Origin: a bacterium
GTDB lineage: Bacteria; UBA8248
Length of the DNA: 64,000 nucleotides
Assembly: GCA_965203325.1 (NCBI GenBank)
Contig: OZ241875.1
Span: 1,760,001 to 1,824,000 of the forward strand
Direction of reading: 5' to 3'
Below the pieces are notes generated by a model, which saw only the letters and a program-made list of their open reading frames with translations, made no database searches and had not been told where the DNA came from. This document shows, in pieces, positions 59,501 to 64,000 of the stretch (within the stretch, counting starts at the first letter, position 1; the number at the start of each line of letters is the position of its first letter). A program made the position numbers and the translations under genes.

Positions 59501-59807
59501 TCTTTTCCGCCAGGATTTCGGCCAAGGCCGGATGGGGGCGCGTGTATCCCGCCAGGGCGCGCTCGGGTTCCGCAACTTCGCGCGCCAGGTCGATCATGCT
59601 CAGAACCTCTACGCCTGCGAAGCCGCCCGCCCGTGCGAGCACCCCCTGGACGTGATCGCGAAGCCGGTTCGAGATGACGACGACGCGCCTGTGCGCCAGC
59701 GGGTCTCCATCGCCCAGGCTGCGCACGCGCGAAGCGAGGGATGGTTCGAGGTGGTGAAAAGGAGCGGTCACCAGGATTTTTAGGGCCTGCGCCATGGGGA
59801 GTTCCAT
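56580..59807 (-). CDS. addB: AddB-type partner with Fe-S PD-(D/E)XK nuclease domain
   Basis: Degenerate helicase N-terminus, 'CPYRF', G...H..L, GR.D..E...VVDFKT, LQL.LY, CRYCDYKTLC; 4-bp overlap with addA; start uncertain. Confidence 0.85.
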   Translation of the reverse strand: MELPMAQALKILVTAPFHHLEPSLASRVRSLGDGDPLAHRRVVVISNRLRDHVQGVLARAGGFAGVEVLSMIDLAREVAEPERALAGYTRPHPALAEILAEKTFESARGEFVFFRPDSRGYGESLCATLTDLAEANLSPEALRELSGKISGPDAARLRDLALLAERFHISMREREFYDRSSLFLAACERAEAAPPRVPTVFYGFAEMNALQRRLTAAVCREAHSQALVPAQTDAPACAHAQPLIDWFEGMDFQREEAGPIAPRPLTGLAEVLFSRDKAQAEPVAEDALRVVAAPTRGREVWEACREILRAREDFESDEEVCVLMSAREGYQDLFEETLHTLEIPGRAEERNTLSDAPAARLFLLMLRMAVDGYPRAELMRFLDEGGFTASQMFRELARQYEFEDIADDPILASKWEFFSRSLPYLRGADAWFSELDDVLVRLGTGDEEYTAAYSFAMAMSDVFDLLEKIPEEGLPSAFAESALAAFSETTSGLAHQEDVKKVVSSLPELDEMTGEMNRKRFHDLCERFFEKATLSRNEPDDGHLASLSSIQSARGLSFDAVALSGMGEGLFPPAGSEDPLLPDSAREALNRAAQKTFPDREVALPLKKSRESEARFQLWTIFQSARKRLILTATSAEDGLGDNAASFPSMFCHYLADALGEETDGAWGLFAGSRSRTAAATLDAGAIAGNPAHLREYDLALMAEQIGRPEAGGLSWMNDFPGFLRRRDALSERWRPSVLTEHDGMFQDHDLQKIIREKVHTPVWPLGVTSVEVFFGCPYRFVNDRLHPRMEKREEPAPPFALDGLLRGQLTHRILQFFHLWLQETNRPLHSLDESTAQDGLRDAIREAMAEEEETAESPPLPALPWAVLEDALYRRLVGYFELRRADASGRLPVSVEERFGGRDSESLRISLEAGELSLSGRMDLLERNDAGEYRVVDFKTVGRRSSIPSRGTILDGGAILQLHLYARGLRARPGALPEDARVSGAYVYVTEEEGVVERVRTCEEVEERMADVDALLDYFLASAGAGRFFPTPSDAGCRYCDYKTLCGPDRAERAARKERDSRMSELLALRERAV

Positions 59808-59857
59808 ATCAACGGTGGCGGGCGGTTCCGCCGGATAAAGCAAATCCGAACGCTCGA

Positions 59858-60823
59858 TCAGGTGTCCAGCACGCTCTCGCCGAACAGATCCGCCACATCG
59901 AGGGGGCCGGGCGTGAGGCCCTGCGCGTGGGCGTAGGAGAGGAGTTTTTCGAGCGACGCGCGGTTCGCCTCCACCCCGTAGGACCAGAAATCATCGCCGA
60001 AAATCTCGCGGGTCTCGTCCATTACCGCGGGCAGGAACGGGATCATGGCCGAGAGCGCGCCGTTGTCGCTCAGAAGTTCCATCGTCTTCTCCCGCGCCTC
60101 GCACATGGCCTGATAGATGGAGCCGAGTGCCCAGGGGTTTTGCGCGTGAACATCTTTGCGCAAAACGACGCAGTGCATCATGGGATGTACGCCCGTTCTG
60201 CGGTAATACGCCGTCTCGGCGGCCTTGTAATCGGGGAACAGGCGCTTCACGCGCGGCGAACCCTTGGCGAAGCACTCGGGCACCTGGTGGATCAGCGCGC
60301 CGTCCACCTCGCCCGAATCGAGCATGTTCGAGACCGTCTGGCCGGGCTTCATGTAGCGGATGCGCGCGCCGGGCGGCATCGGAATCGGCACGCGCGGCTC
60401 GATGGCCGCCACCCAGTCCACCGAACTTACGTCGAGGCCGTACTCTTCGGTGAGAATGCCCACGATCCACACCACCGCCGTCATCCCCCATTCGCGGATC
60501 GCGACCCGCTTGCCGTTCAGGCCGGCCACCTCATCGACGCCGGAATCCGTGTTGGCGTAGACCATCGAATGCCGGAAGACGCGGCTCGGAAAGGCGGGCA
60601 TCCCCACGAAGGGGCTGTTCCCCTCACCCAGCAGGAACATGTGCGCGCCCATCGACATTTCCGAGAGGTCGAACTCTTGGTATCGGCACATGCGGAAGAA
60701 TATCTCGGTGGGCGGCAGGGAGAGCACCCGGAGGTTCACCCCCTCCGGGCGAACCGAGCCCATCTTGAGAATGTTGGTGCGATCGTAATCGCCGAACGCC
60801 GCCGTCAACTCCAGATCCGGCAT
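59858..60823 (-). CDS. 4,5-dihydroxyphthalate decarboxylase-like / NMT1-fold substrate-binding family protein
   Basis: YDRT, EIF.RM, FD.SEMS, FPSR.FRHS, T...W..GIL, TG..P.MH, YG...NR. Confidence 0.8.
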   Translation of the reverse strand: MPDLELTAAFGDYDRTNILKMGSVRPEGVNLRVLSLPPTEIFFRMCRYQEFDLSEMSMGAHMFLLGEGNSPFVGMPAFPSRVFRHSMVYANTDSGVDEVAGLNGKRVAIREWGMTAVVWIVGILTEEYGLDVSSVDWVAAIEPRVPIPMPPGARIRYMKPGQTVSNMLDSGEVDGALIHQVPECFAKGSPRVKRLFPDYKAAETAYYRRTGVHPMMHCVVLRKDVHAQNPWALGSIYQAMCEAREKTMELLSDNGALSAMIPFLPAVMDETREIFGDDFWSYGVEANRASLEKLLSYAHAQGLTPGPLDVADLFGESVLDT

Positions 60824-61188
60824 CTTCTCCCCTTTCGCGTCATAAGTCTTGAAAGCGCATCATCATGATGAAAATGGAACGAGCAAAAGGTTTCTCATAG
60901 TTTTCCCCGCTCGGCAACGAGGCGAGTCTTTCGGCGCTTGAAAGCCCCCGAGTTGACCACCCGCCTTCCGGTTAAGAAAAGGAAACAAGAGACGAAACGG
61001 GTATAAGTCAACGCGCTAGAGACAATAGAGGAGGGCATACGTTTCGCAGATGAAGTCCAGGACAGTTTCGGGAGAGGTCACACAGGCACGGTCGAAGACT
61101 GCGCCCGAAATCCGCACCTGCCCGCTCTCAAGCCAGCGTGCTTCGATAGCGGTCTCGAATGCGGTTGCGCCAGTCTTCTTCATGGTCT

Positions 61189-61407
61189 TCATTCGAACTC
61201 TGAACGGAACAAACCAGACTGACGGATAATCGACCTCAGCGTGCCGGCACGCAACTCTCCGTGATCCGGCACCGGTACGGTGATCGTGCCGTCATCGTCG
61301 GCCTTCTGCATCACTACATGACTGCCGTGTCGCCTCACCTCCACGAAACCATGCGATACGAGAATCCGGCAGACGTCCCGGCCGGAAAGAACGCGCAACC
61401 TAGCCAA
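61189..61407 (-). CDS. hicA: HicA toxin (dsRBD-like mRNase)
   Basis: LSG.DV..IL..HGF..VR..GSH......VP.H.EL..GTL.SI..Q; TTG start overlapping hicB end. Confidence 0.9.
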   Translation of the reverse strand: MARLRVLSGRDVCRILVSHGFVEVRRHGSHVVMQKADDDGTITVPVPDHGELRAGTLRSIIRQSGLFRSEFE

Positions 61408-61621
61408 CGGCGACCTCGACATGGGTCACATAGACTTCGCTGCGTAGGCGTCTGTCGATTTCCCCGGAGGAAGCCGTCTCGAAGAACAAGGTGAGCGCTT
61501 CGGCCAAGTTGTCGCGCGCCTCGGACACGGTGTTTCCCTGGCTGGCGACATCCACTTCCGGGCACAGGGCGACGTATCCATTGCCCTCGCGTTCGACGAT
61601 AGCGGTCAACCGTCTGTTCAT
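61400..61621 (-). CDS. hicB: Short HicB antitoxin (no DNA-binding domain)
   Basis: E..GYVALCPE.DVASQG.T..EA..NL.EAL.LF. Confidence 0.9.
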   Translation of the reverse strand: MNRRLTAIVEREGNGYVALCPEVDVASQGNTVSEARDNLAEALTLFFETASSGEIDRRLRSEVYVTHVEVAVG

Positions 61622-62055
61622 GTCGTGTCTCCTTGTCTGAATTTCACATGACGATCCTTGTGACGGGAGATGTCAGGTGCATTTCGACGACGGTACTGAA
61701 AACCGTATTGTACCCTCACAATCAATGATGGAGCGCATAAGTCGTTATCAAACAGACGACCTTTAATCCTTGATGCAATCTCCATTCAATGTCTGCAACA
61801 TCGCAGACAACTCCGCCAAGGACCAAGACGAAGAAATATTATCAGCTTATTTCCCCTTTCGCGTCATCGGTTCGTGAAAGCGCATCTTTGCGATGATGGT
61901 GAAACGAGCAAAAGGTTTCTCATAGTTTTCCCCGCTCGGCAACGAGGCGAACCTTTCGGCGCTTGAAAGCCCCCGTGTTGACCGCCCGCCGTTCGGCGTG
62001 GCATGAAGGGGCGGGAAATCTTCGGCTCCTCATCAACAACCGAAAAGGACGGCGC

Positions 62056-63093
62056 TTGGACAGAAGAATAAAAGTGATCGTATGCGGATTCGGGCGCGTC
62101 GGGCGTGAATTCGCGAGACTCGTCCACGATAAAGCGGAACGCTTGCGGGCGGCCTACGGCATGGACGCGGTCATCGTCGGCGTGGGCGAGTTGAACGGCA
62201 GCCTGCACCGCCCCGGCGGACTCGACGCGGCGAAGACGGCGGACGCCTTCGAGCGGGACGGCGGCTTCGCGGATCATCCGAACCTGGAGGCGGACTGGCA
62301 AGGCCTCGATCTGGTTCGCTCCGCACAGGCCGACGTCCTCATCGAGACGACGCCCACCGAGGTCCGCACGGGCGAGCCCGCCTTGAGCCACATACGCGAG
62401 GCGCTCGATAGGGGTATTCACGTCGTGAGCGCGAACAAGGGGCCCTTCATCCGCGCCTACCGCGAACTGACCGGGTTGGCGAAGGAGAAAAACGCGTCGC
62501 TTAAAATCTCCGCTGCCGCTGCGGCCGCCCTCCCGACCATCGACGTGGCCGAGACCTGCCTAGCGGGCGCGGAGATTCTCAATATCGAGGGCGTATTGAA
62601 CGGGACGACGAATTTCATACTATCTCAAATGAGGACAAACGACCGGAGCTACGAGGAGGCGCTCGCAGAGGCGCAGGTGCTCGGCATCGCGGAGACGGAC
62701 CCCACGCTCGACGTGGAGGGTTTCGACACGGCGAACAAGCTCGCCCTCATCGCGAACGTCTGCATGGGAGCGGACTTGACGCAAGAAGACGTGGAGCGGA
62801 CGGGCATCGCCGGGATTTCGCTCGCCGAGGTGCAAAGCGCGAGCGCAGCGGGCAAGATCATGCGCCTGGTGGGCGTCGCGAGGCGGGATGAGACCGGGCG
62901 CGTCTCGGCCCGCGTCGCGCCGGAGTTGCTCCCGCTCGATCATCCCCTGGCGGGCGTGGAGGGGGCGGAGAAGGGAATCACCTATACGAGCGACACGATG
63001 GATCGCGTCACCGTCGCGGGCGGCAAGAGCGACCCGCGCGGCGCCGCCGCCGCATTGCTGAAAGACCTCATCAACACTTATCGTCATTCATAA
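62056..63093 (+). CDS. hom: Homoserine dehydrogenase (no ACT domain)
   Basis: G.G.VG, HVVSANKGP, GVLNGTTNFIL, AQ.LG.AE.DP..DVEG.D.A.K; TTG start assumed. Confidence 0.9.
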   Translation: MDRRIKVIVCGFGRVGREFARLVHDKAERLRAAYGMDAVIVGVGELNGSLHRPGGLDAAKTADAFERDGGFADHPNLEADWQGLDLVRSAQADVLIETTPTEVRTGEPALSHIREALDRGIHVVSANKGPFIRAYRELTGLAKEKNASLKISAAAAAALPTIDVAETCLAGAEILNIEGVLNGTTNFILSQMRTNDRSYEEALAEAQVLGIAETDPTLDVEGFDTANKLALIANVCMGADLTQEDVERTGIAGISLAEVQSASAAGKIMRLVGVARRDETGRVSARVAPELLPLDHPLAGVEGAEKGITYTSDTMDRVTVAGGKSDPRGAAAALLKDLINTYRHS

Positions 63094-63115
63094 TTCCAAG
63101 CCGGAGACATTCCAC

Positions 63116-64000
63116 ATGAACAACGCGGACCTGATCGTCAAAACCATGAAGGAAGCGGGCGTCACGCACTGCTTCGGCATCCCGAGCGGAAACGTCCTGC
63201 CCATGCTCGAAGCCATGCGCAAGGGGGGGCTCACCTTCGTCCTGACCGCGCACGAGGGCTCGGCGAGCTTCGCCGCCGACGTGATGGGCCGCCTGACGGG
63301 CGCGCCCGGCTTTTGCATCGCCACCCTGGGGCCGGGAGCGACCAACCTCTCGACCGGCGTGGGCAACGCCTACCTGGACCGCTCCCCGCTCATCGCGCTG
63401 ACCTGCAACCTGCACACGCACCAGTTGGGACGCCGCATCCAGATGTACATCGACCATCACACCCTCTACCGGCCCATATCCAAGGCGAGTCTCCCGCTCA
63501 GAAAAGGCCGCGTCGCCTCCATACTCGAAGATGCGATGGGCCTCGCCTTGAGCGAACCGCACGGCCCGGTTCATCTCGATTTGCCCGAAGACGTATCGCT
63601 CGCGCCCGCCACCGAGAATTTGCCGCCGACTCCAAAGGGAAAGCGCCACAGGCCCGCGCCCGAGAGCGCATTCGGCAAACTCGAAACCCTGCTTCAAAAC
63701 GCCAGGCGGCCCATCGCCGTCCTGGGCTCCACCACCATGCGGATGGAAAACGCAAGCCTTCTGCGCGCCTTCATCGACCGCCACCAGCTTCCCTTCGCCA
63801 CGACCACCATGGCCAAGGGGATGATAGACGAGGATCACCCGCTTTCCGTCGGCTGCATCGAGCGCGGCAAGCGGCAGGTGCAGCGCGAGTTCTTAAGAAG
63901 CGCCGACCTGATCCTCGGGGTCGGCTACGATGTCGTCGAGGTGGAATACGAGCAATGGATCAAGGACGTGCCGCTCGTGAGCGTGGACATCGACCCGGTG
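63116..64000 (+). CDS. Thiamine-diphosphate enzyme (acetolactate synthase large subunit-like), runs off window end
   Basis: Own translation: MNNADLIVK...FGIPSG...HEGSASFAAD..GRLTG..G....TLGPGATN...A.LDRSP, GPVHLDLPEDV. Confidence 0.9.
   Translation, partial: MNNADLIVKTMKEAGVTHCFGIPSGNVLPMLEAMRKGGLTFVLTAHEGSASFAADVMGRLTGAPGFCIATLGPGATNLSTGVGNAYLDRSPLIALTCNLHTHQLGRRIQMYIDHHTLYRPISKASLPLRKGRVASILEDAMGLALSEPHGPVHLDLPEDVSLAPATENLPPTPKGKRHRPAPESAFGKLETLLQNARRPIAVLGSTTMRMENASLLRAFIDRHQLPFATTTMAKGMIDEDHPLSVGCIERGKRQVQREFLRSADLILGVGYDVVEVEYEQWIKDVPLVSVDIDPV

Larger units (their letters stand above)
60828..61996. repeat. ~145-bp imperfect direct repeats (60828-60972 / 61852-61996) flanking the hicBA islet
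   Basis: TCCCCTTTCGCGTCAT...TGAAAGCGCATC...AACGAGCAAAAGGTTTCTCATAGTTTTCCCCGCTCGGCAACGAGGCGA..CTTTCGGCGCTTGAAAGCCCCCG.GTTGACC.CCCGCC twice. Confidence 0.9.

Noticed and set aside
53122..59807. Helicase-nuclease pair as a novel defence or Cas4-like system
   Set aside because: Motifs, sizes and coupling match ordinary AddAB recombination enzymes, with host-like GC content
1..64000. tRNA, rRNA, integrase or prophage genes
   Set aside because: None recognised by eye; a tRNAscan-SE/Infernal run would be needed to exclude small RNAs

Overview
64-kb GC-rich bacterial chromosomal segment. A secreted ankyrin protein, a Slam/lipoprotein pair, a sterol methyltransferase and many MITE/REP-like palindromes are reminiscent of host-associated (e.g. 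sponge-symbiont) genomes, but taxonomy cannot be established from this window. The backbone is housekeeping or catabolic: moaA and two moeA, tatA, a class V aminotransferase, a MaoC/acyl-CoA dehydrogenase/CoA-transferase trio, rpmG-rpmB, addAB, hom and a ThDP enzyme. The accessory parts are more interesting. (1) A ~13-kb candidate sterol/lipid uptake-and-remodelling locus (29.8-43.1 kb) holds an ERG6/SMT-type C24-sterol methyltransferase with altered substrate motifs, a Rieske oxygenase, a GPP34(GOLPH3)-like domain fused to a P450 with a non-canonical I-helix, an FAD oxidoreductase, an MMPL/RND transporter, a LolA-like protein, two outer-membrane barrels and a TPR protein. No oxidosqualene cyclase is in the window. 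(2) An AT-rich island (25.4-29.7 kb) encodes a small protein, a GHKL/MORC-like ATPase interrupted by one in-frame TAA and a convergent amino-methyltransferase, a candidate defence system. (3) Other accessory features are a type XI secretion (Slam + TbpB-like lipoprotein) pair, an IS1182-family element with a family of MITEs sharing its ends, two TA modules (hicBA between ~145-bp direct repeats), three AT-rich repeats with an exact 157-bp period upstream of an AAA-wHTH ATPase, and a possible structured RNA upstream of moeA. All family calls come from motif recognition by eye; no database search was run.
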